From a virus (lineage: Duplodnaviria > Caudoviricetes): a stretch of DNA of 64,000 nt. The position numbers and the translations under genes are program-made. The notes under the pieces were generated by a model. The model made no database searches and was not told the origin of the DNA. It saw nothing but the letters and a program-made list of their open reading frames with translations. Below are positions 10,583 to 19,791 of this stretch, piece by piece (the first letter of the stretch is position 1; every line of letters starts with the position of its first letter). The stretch is from IMG/VR virus record IMGVR_UViG_3300046733_000629; one strand, 5' to 3'.

Positions 10583-11552
10583 CATCAACGAATTTGATAT
10601 TGTTTTTATCAGCTACGATGAACCGAATGCAGATGAAAACTATAACGACTTAATTAACAAAGCACCATGGGCTAAACGTAGCCACGGAGTGTTTGGCAGT
10701 GATGCCGCACACAAAGCCGCAGCCGACTTAGCTGAAACAGATAGATTTATTACAATAGACGCAGACAATATTGTTAGAGAAGATTTCTTTGGCATTGAAG
10801 TAGACATGGGTCGTATTAGAGACACTGATGTAATCAGTTGGGCTGGTAAGAATACTATCAATGGGTTAGTATATGGTAATGGTGGAATTAAATGTTGGCC
10901 AAAGCCTGTTGTGTATGGAATGCAAACACATGAGAATGCACCAGCTGGAGATAAAAGAGCACAGGTAGACTTTTGTTGGAATATCAACTACGTACAAATG
11001 AATAATATATATTGTGATGTAATGAATAATGCTAGTCCATTACAAGCATGGCGTGCTGGTTTCCGTGAAGGTGTTAAGATGGGATTGGTTGATGGAGATG
11101 TTGTAGACCCTACACAACTAAAAGATAAAGTACACAATAAAAATTATAAACGTTTACTTACATGGATGAGTGTTGGAGATGATTGTGATAATGGACTATG
11201 GGCAATCTATGGTGCAAGACTTGGCTGTCATATGACTAACATCACTAGAGAAAATTGGGACTGGAAAAATGTTAGAGACTTTGATTGGCTAACAAAATTT
11301 TACAAAGAAGAAGTACTACCAAACTTTGAAACAGATAGTGATCAGCTTTGTCCACGTACAGGAATGAAATGGAACTATGCTAAACTACAAAGCGAAAGCG
11401 ATAGACTTGGATATGATATACGTAGCAAACTTGATCTAGAGATTGCAGACTTAGGCAAAGAAGGTTCACGTTTCTTTAAAGAAGTATACATTAACCCTAG
11501 TAGACTTGGAGCACAAGTCAAAGAAGAGAATGTTGAGGATACATTAGAATAA
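10566..11552 (+). CDS. Glycosyltransferase-like protein (GT-A, DxD)
   Basis: IVFISYDEP, FITIDADN, YGNGGIKCWPK, AWRAGFREGVK; paralogue of 38009..38713. Confidence 0.65.
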   Translation: MTQMTSINEFDIVFISYDEPNADENYNDLINKAPWAKRSHGVFGSDAAHKAAADLAETDRFITIDADNIVREDFFGIEVDMGRIRDTDVISWAGKNTINGLVYGNGGIKCWPKPVVYGMQTHENAPAGDKRAQVDFCWNINYVQMNNIYCDVMNNASPLQAWRAGFREGVKMGLVDGDVVDPTQLKDKVHNKNYKRLLTWMSVGDDCDNGLWAIYGARLGCHMTNITRENWDWKNVRDFDWLTKFYKEEVLPNFETDSDQLCPRTGMKWNYAKLQSESDRLGYDIRSKLDLEIADLGKEGSRFFKEVYINPSRLGAQVKEENVEDTLE

Positions 11553-11708
11553 ATGTTAACTGAAAAAGAAGTAAGAGATATATTTAGACAACACATAAAA
11601 GATGATTCAGTGTTTGCTGAATGCTGGCCAGATACCGACCGTAACTTTTACGAATGGTGTTCACAGTATTTAGATTACAAACATATTGAAAGCAACGAAG
11701 ATGGCTAG
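11553..11708 (+). CDS. 51-aa aromatic-rich small protein (below the track cut-off)
   Basis: MLTEKEVRDIFRQHIKDDSVFAECWPDTDRNFYEWCSQYLDYKHIESNEDG; abuts the upstream stop and overlaps the next ATG. Confidence 0.6.
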   Translation: MLTEKEVRDIFRQHIKDDSVFAECWPDTDRNFYEWCSQYLDYKHIESNEDG

Positions 11709-13329
11709 AAAATTAGAAGAAGTAGATTGGATCAGAGACGACCGAGGTGAAACATTACCCGGCGTAGCAAACAGAAACAAGATGCGTGACCTTCTCAATG
11801 AAACAGGTCCAGGATTCTGTTTGGCTAAATGGACACAAGTTACAATGCACTTAGGTAATGGACTAACACACAGTTGTCACCACCCAGGTGCACACAAGAT
11901 ACCATTAGAAGAATTAAAAGATAATCCTAGTGCATTACATAATACATTGTTTAAAAAAGAAAGACGCAAAGAAATGCTTAACGGCAAGCGTCCTGCAGAG
12001 TGTGACTTCTGTTGGCGAGTAGAAGACAATGGAGAGATAAGCGATCGTGTGCTTAAAAGTTTGCCTAGCTTCAGTAGTCCACATTATAATAAAATTAAAG
12101 ACTTAGATGGAGATGAAGATATATTTCCTACATATGTAGAAGTTAGCTTTGGTAACACTTGTAACTTTGCATGTGCTTATTGTGGGCCAGCGTTTAGTAG
12201 TAAATGGCAACAAGACATTGATCAAAACGGTGACTACAATATATTAAATCATCATTATAATCCAATTAAAGAATCAGAAGTACATATACCAAAGAGGGAA
12301 CATAATCCCTATATTGAAGCATTTTGGAAATGGTTTCCAGAAGCATATAAACATATGCATACGTTTCGTATTACAGGCGGCGAGCCTTTGTTACTTAAAG
12401 ATACATTTAAAGTTATTGACTTCTTAATGAAGAATCCAAATCCACAACTAGAGTTTAGTATTAATACTAATGCATGTCCACCAGGACACAAGTGGAAAGA
12501 GTTTGTAGAGAAAGTACAATACTTAACTGAGAATAATTGTGTTAAGAAATTTGATTTGTTTGTTAGTGCAGAAGCTACAGGCGACCGTTGTGATTACATA
12601 CGTGATGGTATGGACTGGAAGATGTTTAAAACAAATGTAGAATACTTTTTAGCTAACACAAAAGATACACGTGTTAACTTTATGGCTGCGTTTAATGTTT
12701 TAAGTTTAAGTACGTTTAAAGAATTATTAGAATGGGTATTAGAACTTAAACAAATGTATAGCTGGAATGGAATGGCAGCATGGTTTGAAGAAAAAGGTTT
12801 CTTAGGAACTGTACCAGGAAGTAAACCTTACAAAGAAAGAAAAGGTAAACAGCATAGTCGTGTTAGTATTGATACACCTTATGTTAGACATCCACCTTGG
12901 TTAGATCCTGCTATAGCTAGTAAAGAATTAATTAAAGAATATTTGATTCCTGCATTAGAGTTTATGTATGAGAATGTTGGTACACCTGACTTCTATGGTA
13001 CAAACAAGTTTGAAGATTGGGAATGTTTAAAACTAAAACGTAATACTATTGATTGTATTATAAAAGCAGATCAATTAGATGAAGATGGATTACATCAAGA
13101 CAAAGATTTAAAGTTAACAAGAAGTAAGTTTGGAAACTTTGTACAAGAATACGATAGACGAAGAGATAAAAAATTCTTAGAAGTGTTTCCAGAGTATACA
13201 GATTTTTATAATACTTGTATCAAAGAATATCAACAGATATGGGATGCACCAGAAACAGATGTAACATATGAAAAATACAAACAACAGTTAAAGGACGCAA
13301 AGAATGCCAAAAATATCCCTAGTAAGTAA
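11701..13329 (+). CDS. Radical SAM protein with N-terminal Twitch/SPASM-like Cys cluster
   Basis: CNFACAYC (CxxxCxxC), ITGGEP, and N-terminal CLAKW...SCHH...CDFCW. ATG 11701 preferred over the TTG at 11686. Confidence 0.85.
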   Translation: MARKLEEVDWIRDDRGETLPGVANRNKMRDLLNETGPGFCLAKWTQVTMHLGNGLTHSCHHPGAHKIPLEELKDNPSALHNTLFKKERRKEMLNGKRPAECDFCWRVEDNGEISDRVLKSLPSFSSPHYNKIKDLDGDEDIFPTYVEVSFGNTCNFACAYCGPAFSSKWQQDIDQNGDYNILNHHYNPIKESEVHIPKREHNPYIEAFWKWFPEAYKHMHTFRITGGEPLLLKDTFKVIDFLMKNPNPQLEFSINTNACPPGHKWKEFVEKVQYLTENNCVKKFDLFVSAEATGDRCDYIRDGMDWKMFKTNVEYFLANTKDTRVNFMAAFNVLSLSTFKELLEWVLELKQMYSWNGMAAWFEEKGFLGTVPGSKPYKERKGKQHSRVSIDTPYVRHPPWLDPAIASKELIKEYLIPALEFMYENVGTPDFYGTNKFEDWECLKLKRNTIDCIIKADQLDEDGLHQDKDLKLTRSKFGNFVQEYDRRRDKKFLEVFPEYTDFYNTCIKEYQQIWDAPETDVTYEKYKQQLKDAKNAKNIPSK

Positions 13330-14218
13330 TTCAGGTAAGAAGGCTAGTTTTACTTTTGTAGATAACATTGTTGGTGAAACAATGTTTAACCTAATTAAAA
13401 AACGTGAAAAGAATATTAGACCATCTCATGGTAGCTTTAATATGTTTGCAGATCCAAGTGCAATAGAAGCAAAACTAAAAAAGATAGTTAAAGAAGCAAG
13501 TGCATTGGGTGTGGCTATGCCTAAGATACCAAACAGGCTAGATAGAGATACATTAAATAGAATACACGAAGCATTTCACGTAGTAGAAGAAGTATACAAA
13601 GCTACTGACAGTGACTTTAATATTTTAGATGAAGACAGTAAAACTATAAGAAGATTACTTAAAGATGTTAATTTCCTAGTACACGAACTTGAGAATGCAT
13701 TGTTTGGTTCAAAACGAGCTGCGTTTACAGTATTTTATATAGGCGAGTACAACATAAGTGACAGAGTAATACTTAACTCTGAGCTACGTAAGATGTTTAT
13801 AAGTACATCAATGCCTAACAGAGTAACACTACACGTTGGCTATGCTACTATAGGAAAGAATCTATTACATGCAGTAGCAGACAACGATATAGAAATAGTT
13901 AAGAATGGAAACCTAAGGCCACAACTTAGTTTAAGTACAGAAACAATATGGCATTGGAATCCAGTTAACTTAGTTAACACAAGCAAAGCTGACAAAGACG
14001 AACGTGACAAAAAAATGAGAGCTGAATGGGAAACTAAAGTTAGAAACTTTGTAGTAAACAATAATTTACAAGACTATGTAGGTTGGAAAGATCCTATACA
14101 TTATAACAGTGTACAACCTTGTTATGCATATTCAGATGATAACATGTCGTTGGAAGAATGGTATCACATGATTGATACAGATGGATTAGCACAAGTAGAA
14201 CTATATGAAGATAATTGA
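13304..14218 (+). CDS. Hypothetical protein with His/Glu motifs
   Basis: LNRIHEAFH, NFLVHELE and GYATIGKNL...DND; overlaps the radical SAM gene. Confidence 0.6.
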   Translation: MPKISLVSNSGKKASFTFVDNIVGETMFNLIKKREKNIRPSHGSFNMFADPSAIEAKLKKIVKEASALGVAMPKIPNRLDRDTLNRIHEAFHVVEEVYKATDSDFNILDEDSKTIRRLLKDVNFLVHELENALFGSKRAAFTVFYIGEYNISDRVILNSELRKMFISTSMPNRVTLHVGYATIGKNLLHAVADNDIEIVKNGNLRPQLSLSTETIWHWNPVNLVNTSKADKDERDKKMRAEWETKVRNFVVNNNLQDYVGWKDPIHYNSVQPCYAYSDDNMSLEEWYHMIDTDGLAQVELYEDN

Positions 14219-15371
14219 TTTTAAATACAGAAAGGAATGGAGTTTCTTTGAGTATCGTTATAGACAAGAACGATTAAATAAAGATATTCTTTCTCCTAGT
14301 AACGATACAACATTAACCAAAGTAATAGTAGAAGACCCAGGTGAATACAGCTTACACGAGTTTGTTCCCTTTCCTGGTCAAAGTTGTATTGTTATGATTA
14401 CTAGTCCGTTTAAAAATACAAAGTGGACAATAGACAACAATGACTATAGAGCAAGGTGTTATACTAAAGTAGTATTTGATAGTCCACGTAACGTTATGTT
14501 TACAAAGTATTGCAACAACAAAGAAGAAATGTTTATTATACAAGGTAACTGGCATAACATAGAAACAGTAGAGCCTAGAGCATTTTATAAAAGTTGGACC
14601 ACAGAGAAACGTGTACAACAACTAATTAATAAACCAAAGCCAAGTTACATAAAAGAGTATGGTGGCTTCCACAGTATAGTAGACAACGATTCAGAAACTA
14701 CTATTGTTAACATGACAGATGCTGGTTGGTGGTTCCAAGATCAAAGTTATACTCCTTGGTACAATCCTTATGTACTAAGTTGGCGTAAAGCAAATATGAA
14801 TGTATTAAGTTGGAGAACACCTGTAACAGCAGGGTTTGCATTTGGCTTTGAACAAAGTCCAAAAGAAACTGCTAAAAAGCATGCTAAACTAATTAAAGAA
14901 CATTTCCCTAAGACAAAGAAAGTTGTATACTTTGGACAGTGCTTGGGCAGTAGTAAAGCTATCAGTACAGCAATAGAGTTTGGTGCTGATAAGTTATATA
15001 CTACAAGTACATTCTTTGATCCAATATATCATAGAAGCTATAACTTATTGAAGTTAAGTGGACACAAGAGTATAGATGCATTAACTACTATTGACAAAGC
15101 CAAACACTTACCAGACACTAAGCTATTGTACAAGAGCATGGATGCAGAAGAAACAAGTGAGTATGGAAGATTCCAATACAACGTAGGTCCCAAAGATGAA
15201 ATCAAACATCATGTTGTTAGATACTTGGATGTATGGGCGCCTGTGTTAAGCACAGAGTCTTATGGAATATTTCAATTCTTAGATAACGATAACAAGTTAC
15301 CTGACACTGAAGTAGATTTAAATTTTAAAGAAAGTAAAAGTCTTAGATACCGTATTGATACACACGGATAA
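14205..15371 (+). CDS. Hypothetical protein with a possible alpha/beta-hydrolase C-terminal domain
   Basis: VVYFGQCLGSS resembles a G-x-C-x-G nucleophile elbow. Confidence 0.45.
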   Translation: MKIIDFKYRKEWSFFEYRYRQERLNKDILSPSNDTTLTKVIVEDPGEYSLHEFVPFPGQSCIVMITSPFKNTKWTIDNNDYRARCYTKVVFDSPRNVMFTKYCNNKEEMFIIQGNWHNIETVEPRAFYKSWTTEKRVQQLINKPKPSYIKEYGGFHSIVDNDSETTIVNMTDAGWWFQDQSYTPWYNPYVLSWRKANMNVLSWRTPVTAGFAFGFEQSPKETAKKHAKLIKEHFPKTKKVVYFGQCLGSSKAISTAIEFGADKLYTTSTFFDPIYHRSYNLLKLSGHKSIDALTTIDKAKHLPDTKLLYKSMDAEETSEYGRFQYNVGPKDEIKHHVVRYLDVWAPVLSTESYGIFQFLDNDNKLPDTEVDLNFKESKSLRYRIDTHG

Positions 15372-15402
15372 AAAAATTGCTGATGCATTCCTACACCAGC
15401 AA
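15371..15402 (-). terminator. Rho-independent terminator for the minus-strand genes
   Basis: Minus strand reads TTGCTGGTGTA-GGAA-TGCATCAGCAA then T7: an 11-bp stem with a GNRA loop, between convergent genes. Confidence 0.8.
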
Positions 15403-15426
15403 CCTTAATTAAATTATTATAAATTA

Positions 15427-15741
15427 TTATGCAGTTTCTGTAATAGTAACTGTATAACCTGCGGCTTCCATTGCTGCTTTTACTGTAGCGGTGTTAGCTG
15501 AATGAGTTTGGTATTCTGTCCAACCTGCATCAGTCCATACACGTGCAATAGTAATTGTGTCTGCATCTTTGTCGTATGTACGAGTAACAGCAACATTTCC
15601 TGCTGTTTCTGCTGCGCCTACGAATTCAAATACTGCTTGTTCTTCTTGATTCATAACATTTAATACTTCAATCATTGGAAGATGAAAATGTGCTGCTGCG
15701 TATTTGCTTTTGATTCCTGAGATTACAATTGTTTGGTTCAT
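15427..15741 (-). CDS. Small Ala/Thr-rich late protein (104 aa)
   Basis: Has its own ATAAATA (15766-15772, minus), an AAGGAGA SD and a terminator. Confidence 0.75.
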   Translation of the reverse strand: MNQTIVISGIKSKYAAAHFHLPMIEVLNVMNQEEQAVFEFVGAAETAGNVAVTRTYDKDADTITIARVWTDAGWTEYQTHSANTATVKAAMEAAGYTVTITETA

Positions 15742-15754
15742 GATGTTGTCTCCT

Positions 15755-16336
15755 TTATATACTACTATTTATGTCAAAGCAACCTAAAATAGCATAACGA
15801 TCGTCTAAACTATCATTTATCACTCTGTGATACCAGTTGCTGTTTATATACCATATCTCACCTGGACCCATTTGTTGAGATACTATCTTACCCTTAACAT
15901 CAAATTGTACGTTATGTGATCCACGTACAACTATTATAAACCTATCACCTGTTGGTGGATCCATATGCCAATCCAATACTTCGCCTCCGTTGAGTTTAGC
16001 CCAACGCATACGATATGTATTACCTATTGTTGATTGAATATCATTTACCAACAATTGGTATTCGGGATATATTAAATTGTAGTCTGTGGTTTCCGGTTCG
16101 GGGTTTGTGGTGTACTGTATGTTACTATGGTTATAGGATTGTAGTTTGCTAACATCGTAATCTATTCCATTAGTGGTTCGTAGTTCCAATGTGTCTTGCA
16201 AACTCCAATTGTCGGCATGAACTATATAGTCCAAGCACTTGGCAGGGTCTACAGTTCCTAGAAACCTAACCAAAGGATTTTGTTTACGTAATTGTATAGT
16301 CTTTCTTTTTGTATAAATACTATTAGAATTGCTCAT
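15755..16336 (-). CDS. 2OG-Fe(II) oxygenase, aspartyl/asparaginyl beta-hydroxylase-like
   Basis: MRWAKL...WHMD (HxD)...GEIWYINSNWYHRVIN...RYAILG. ATG 16336 sits 5 nt after ATAAATA. Confidence 0.8.
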   Translation of the reverse strand: MSNSNSIYTKRKTIQLRKQNPLVRFLGTVDPAKCLDYIVHADNWSLQDTLELRTTNGIDYDVSKLQSYNHSNIQYTTNPEPETTDYNLIYPEYQLLVNDIQSTIGNTYRMRWAKLNGGEVLDWHMDPPTGDRFIIVVRGSHNVQFDVKGKIVSQQMGPGEIWYINSNWYHRVINDSLDDRYAILGCFDINSSI

Positions 16337-16365
16337 ACGAGTATTTATCAGGTAAAAAAACAAAT

Positions 16366-17283
16366 ATGAATTATTATGAACTAGAACCGGAAAACAATCA
16401 TTTCCATGATGTTATTATTGATGTAACACATCAGTGCAACATGAACTGCAAAAACTGCTACATACCCAACAGAGATATCCCAGATATGGACATAGACAAG
16501 ATGTTGGATGCTATTGCCAGGTTTCCTAAACGTTGTAACATACGTATTATAGGTGCAGAACCCACAGTGCGTAATGATTTACCAGAGATATGTCGTGCTA
16601 TCAAAGCTAGTGGACATAGACAAATACTATTGACAAATGGATTACGATTAGGTAACAACGCTTATGCACAAAAACTACGTGCTAGTGGATGTAATCATGT
16701 GTATCTAAGTTTAAATGGAGTTGATAATGATGACTGGTATGAGGAAATAGACGAGCTTCGTTGTGCTAAACGCAAGCTACAAGCACTAGATAACCTACAA
16801 AAGAATCGTTTTATTATACAAACAGGTACTATTATTGTACAAGGAGTAAACGAAACTGCTCCAGAAAGACTGTTACACACACTCAAACGCTATGATGTAA
16901 CCAATGCAGTGATACGAATCAAGAACGTAGGACAGCTAGGCCGTCATATGAATGGTGTAGAAGACAATATAAAGATGGAAGGACTCATGCAATTGTGCAG
17001 TGATCAAATGAATGTAAGCATGGATTACTTGCGAGAATGGCGAACCAAGCCAATTGTTGATACACTAGATCCAGAATTAAACAGTTTTATGTTTCCATTA
17101 GATCCTGCTAGTGCAGATAAACCTATTAATCGTAGTGGGTTATGGGTTAAAATAGCTAATTGGGATACTGAGAACGAAGAACAAATCCCTAGTCCAAACA
17201 GCGAAAGACGTGGTAGACTAACAGAAGACTTTAAAGTAGCTCCGTTTTTCGAACATGTTAAAATGAACGAAGGCGGATACTAA
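16366..17283 (+). CDS. Radical SAM protein, MoaA-like core without SPASM
   Basis: CNMNCKNC, IIGAEPT, LLTNGLRL. Confidence 0.85.
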   Translation: MNYYELEPENNHFHDVIIDVTHQCNMNCKNCYIPNRDIPDMDIDKMLDAIARFPKRCNIRIIGAEPTVRNDLPEICRAIKASGHRQILLTNGLRLGNNAYAQKLRASGCNHVYLSLNGVDNDDWYEEIDELRCAKRKLQALDNLQKNRFIIQTGTIIVQGVNETAPERLLHTLKRYDVTNAVIRIKNVGQLGRHMNGVEDNIKMEGLMQLCSDQMNVSMDYLREWRTKPIVDTLDPELNSFMFPLDPASADKPINRSGLWVKIANWDTENEEQIPSPNSERRGRLTEDFKVAPFFEHVKMNEGGY

Positions 17284-17310
17284 GTTAAAGCCTCCCTATA
17301 TAATCAATTA

Positions 17311-17601
17311 TTAGTCTGCTATATCAACAGTAACAGTGTTGTCACCGTCTGCTGGAAATCCGTCTGAATCTTTTTCATTGTTGTTGTATCTTGGTGCTCC
17401 TGCTGCCCAAGCATCATATGTTGCTTGATCTGCAAAAGTAATAGTTCTAGTCACTGAGCTCGGTGTTGCTAGAGCGTATACCCAAGTAACGCCATCAATG
17501 AATCCACTGGTTGGAGCATCATATGCTTCGCACCATGCTTCAGCTGAATCAAATGTTCTACCATCTGTTGCAGTCATTGTTTGTACTTTAGTTATAGCCA
17601 T
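17311..17601 (-). CDS. Small Ala/Thr/Asp-rich late protein (96 aa)
   Basis: Own ATAAATA (17641-17647, minus) and AAGGAGA SD. Confidence 0.75.
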   Translation of the reverse strand: MAITKVQTMTATDGRTFDSAEAWCEAYDAPTSGFIDGVTWVYALATPSSVTRTITFADQATYDAWAAGAPRYNNNEKDSDGFPADGDNTVTVDIAD

Positions 17602-17660
17602 CGTTGGTTCTCCTTAAGGCAACCTTATTGGTTGTGTATGTATTTATCCGACAGTAGTGG

Positions 17661-17718
17661 TTTTTTTGCTAGTGTAATAACCCTAGACTACAGCGAAGCT
17701 CTGCTTAAAAAATTTTTA
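17661..17718 (-). repeat. Left copy of a ~60-bp imperfect inverted element
   Basis: Minus strand: TAAAAATTTTTTAA-GCAGAGCTTCGCT-19 nt-CTAGCAAAAAAA; matches 21019-21078 on plus. Confidence 0.7.
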
Positions 17719-17839
17719 GACCCCTTATAGTACGCTTTACAGTACAAAGACCTACTGTGGGTGTGACAATGATTTATGGTAGCATATATAGTCTTGATAA
17801 TGCAGTAAATGGTTCTTAAATGACTAGTACTAGTATGTG

Positions 17840-18241
17840 TTACAGTGACAGTAGATAACGTTTGTATTCATCTAAACTCATTGATTCCTTAAACAGTCGC
17901 GGATACCAATCGCTTATGTAAGTCCAACTATCTCGCAGTCTATCTTCCGAAGGTATTGTATCCCAACTAAAGTCACGCATTAGTGACAGTGCAACCCTGT
18001 GATCTAAACCGCATAGTGGACTGTATACTACACGTTCTAACTGATATCCAAAGTCATCACAACATAACTGATAGTCTTGCGGCGCACTTACGCTAAAGTC
18101 ATGTACAGCATACACAGGTAATGAATCCAAAAGAACTCCTTTATACTGTACAAGTATATCGTCGTAACTTCCAGCATCAGTAGCAGACGACAACCCTAGT
18201 ATTAAGTTGTGTATGCAGTCATGTCCTAGTATGTGTATCAT
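17840..18241 (-). CDS. Hypothetical protein (133 aa), late
   Basis: Perfect TATAAATA (18248-18255, minus) 6 nt before the ATG. Confidence 0.6.
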   Translation of the reverse strand: MIHILGHDCIHNLILGLSSATDAGSYDDILVQYKGVLLDSLPVYAVHDFSVSAPQDYQLCCDDFGYQLERVVYSPLCGLDHRVALSLMRDFSWDTIPSEDRLRDSWTYISDWYPRLFKESMSLDEYKRYLLSL

Positions 18242-18575
18242 ATAGCGTATTTATAGTATAGAGGTGGTATATAGCAAACTTGGTAAAAAAATGCTAGCAA
18301 AAAAATTTACTATACAAACTGACGGTGAGACCCAAAGTTTTACACTGTACACGTATAGTATAGACTATAGTAGTAGTAACTGTAACTCAAGGTCTAAGCA
18401 TATCCCTTGTACGCACAGTGCAAGCACAATGCGTTGTGGTTTTCCCTAGTGGATATAATGAGAAATGGTTTGTAGCAGATCTGAGAAAAAATTGAGATTT
18501 TTGTTGGGCGCCACTCAAAATTTTCACCAGACCACAGCTGCACCATTAGACAACCGTGATCTAGCCAGTGAAAAA

Positions 18576-18743
18576 TTATTCTGATTTAATTAATTTTAAT
18601 GCACTTTTTGGTAGTCTATAAGTGCTACCTGGGCATTCAAACACAGTAACCCAGACACCTTCAACTCTGGTTACTGTTCCTGTTATGCTTCTACCTGCAG
18701 TGTTAGTGAACTGTACACTACTATGCTCTTTAATAGCGGCCAT
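18576..18743 (-). CDS. 55-aa small beta-barrel (SH3/KOW-like) protein, missed by the track
   Basis: MAAIKEHSSVQFTNTAGRSITGTVTRVEGVWVTVFECPGSTYRLPKSALKLIKSE with an AAGGAGA SD; resembles the C-terminal half of 18752..19024. Confidence 0.65.
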   Translation of the reverse strand: MAAIKEHSSVQFTNTAGRSITGTVTRVEGVWVTVFECPGSTYRLPKSALKLIKSE

Positions 18744-18751
18744 ACTTCTCC

Positions 18752-19024
18752 TTATACTATAGTTAACATATGTGCTGGCACCTTCCAGTTACCTATAGAG
18801 GTCTCTACAGTAACATTCTTGATAGCCTTCTTACGCACAGTACCTTGTACTACTGTACCATTACGTTGTGTGAACTCTACTACATCTCCTATAGCAATAG
18901 TACGCAATTGTGTACGGCTTACATAGCTTCTACGCAGTGCTACTTCTTCCATGATGTGTACTAGCTCATCCTGGTTCATAGTTCTGATGTGATTAACAGT
19001 ATCATTCATTGTGTTTACAGTCAT
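18752..19024 (-). CDS. 90-aa early protein with SH3/KOW-like C-terminus
   Basis: AAGGAG SD and consensus promoter upstream; IAIGDVVEF...GTV...VTVE...WKVPAHML. Confidence 0.7.
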   Translation of the reverse strand: MTVNTMNDTVNHIRTMNQDELVHIMEEVALRRSYVSRTQLRTIAIGDVVEFTQRNGTVVQGTVRKKAIKNVTVETSIGNWKVPAHMLTIV

Positions 19025-19056
19025 AGCGTGTACTCCTTTATTGTTTAATATACTAT

Positions 19057-19085
19057 ATTATAGCATAAGATGTCTTGGTTGTCAA
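19057..19085 (-). promoter_or_regulatory. Consensus sigma70 early promoter with a palindromic spacer
   Basis: TTGACA-ACCAAGACATCTTATGC (17 nt)-TATAAT. Confidence 0.85.
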
Positions 19086-19102
19086 CCCCTTATTCATAGG
19101 TA

Positions 19103-19134
19103 AGCCCCACAACACGGTTAAACATTGTGAGGCT
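19103..19134 (-). terminator. Hairpin, possibly a terminator
   Basis: AGCCTCACAA...TTGTGGGGCT 10-bp stem; no clear U-tract. Confidence 0.35.
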
Positions 19135-19223
19135 CGTATAGTTAGTTAAGGAGTCAACCCATAACACTTGGATTGCTAACCGTTAGTTGTACTGAGGCGA
19201 TCTAGCCAACCCCTCGATTGTAC

Positions 19224-19430
19224 TTATTTTGCGTCCTGATCTGGCAACGTAGGGGCTTTAACACGGCTGCGATTCCGTGTCCATTGGCCTTGAGGAATGT
19301 CCTCTGTACGTGCTCCAGGTTCGCATACGGTGATAACACCACCGCGGGCTAGATATTCTGCTACAGATTCACTAACATTTTCAATGCTTTGAATCTTTGT
19401 TTTTGATTTCTTTTTTGGTAATTGTTTCAT
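19224..19430 (-). CDS. Small hypothetical phage protein
   Basis: VAEYLARGGVITVC motif; abuts the upstream gene. Confidence 0.65.
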   Translation of the reverse strand: MKQLPKKKSKTKIQSIENVSESVAEYLARGGVITVCEPGARTEDIPQGQWTRNRSRVKAPTLPDQDAK

Positions 19431-19431
19431 A

Positions 19432-19755
19432 TTATGATCCTACTGTTAGGTCAAAGGTTTTTGATACTGGATCGAATTCTAATTGCTCTACATATACACC
19501 GTGATATCCACAACTATACATTAGGTGACCTGCGGCCGCTAGGGCCTCACTTGTGTTGATCTTACCGTCTACTACGCTAACAGGAAGGTCGCTTTCCCAA
19601 TTAAGGAATACATAATCTTGCTTGGGAGGCCATTCATTGTTGTCGGCCGCACGGTAATCAAACATGTCTGTTCGCATCTTATACACACCATCAGGCGCTG
19701 ACGTTGAATCTGATTCACAATCCCAAACCATATTCTCTACAATCTGTACACTCAT
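19432..19755 (-). CDS. Hypothetical early protein (107 aa)
   Basis: AGGAG SD and promoter at 19792-19820. Confidence 0.7.
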   Translation of the reverse strand: MSVQIVENMVWDCESDSTSAPDGVYKMRTDMFDYRAADNNEWPPKQDYVFLNWESDLPVSVVDGKINTSEALAAAGHLMYSCGYHGVYVEQLEFDPVSKTFDLTVGS

Positions 19756-19791
19756 AGACGTTCTCCTAAACTTTTTATTAACTATACACTT

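Noticed and set aside
16366-17283. Radical SAM gene as MoaA or a prokaryotic viperin
   Set aside because: It lacks the MoaA C-terminal Cys cluster and GG tail, and no viperin-type signature or other molybdopterin genes were seen.
18264-18449. 61-aa ORF on +
   Set aside because: GTG start overlapping a promoter region, against local gene direction, and crossing A-tract motifs.
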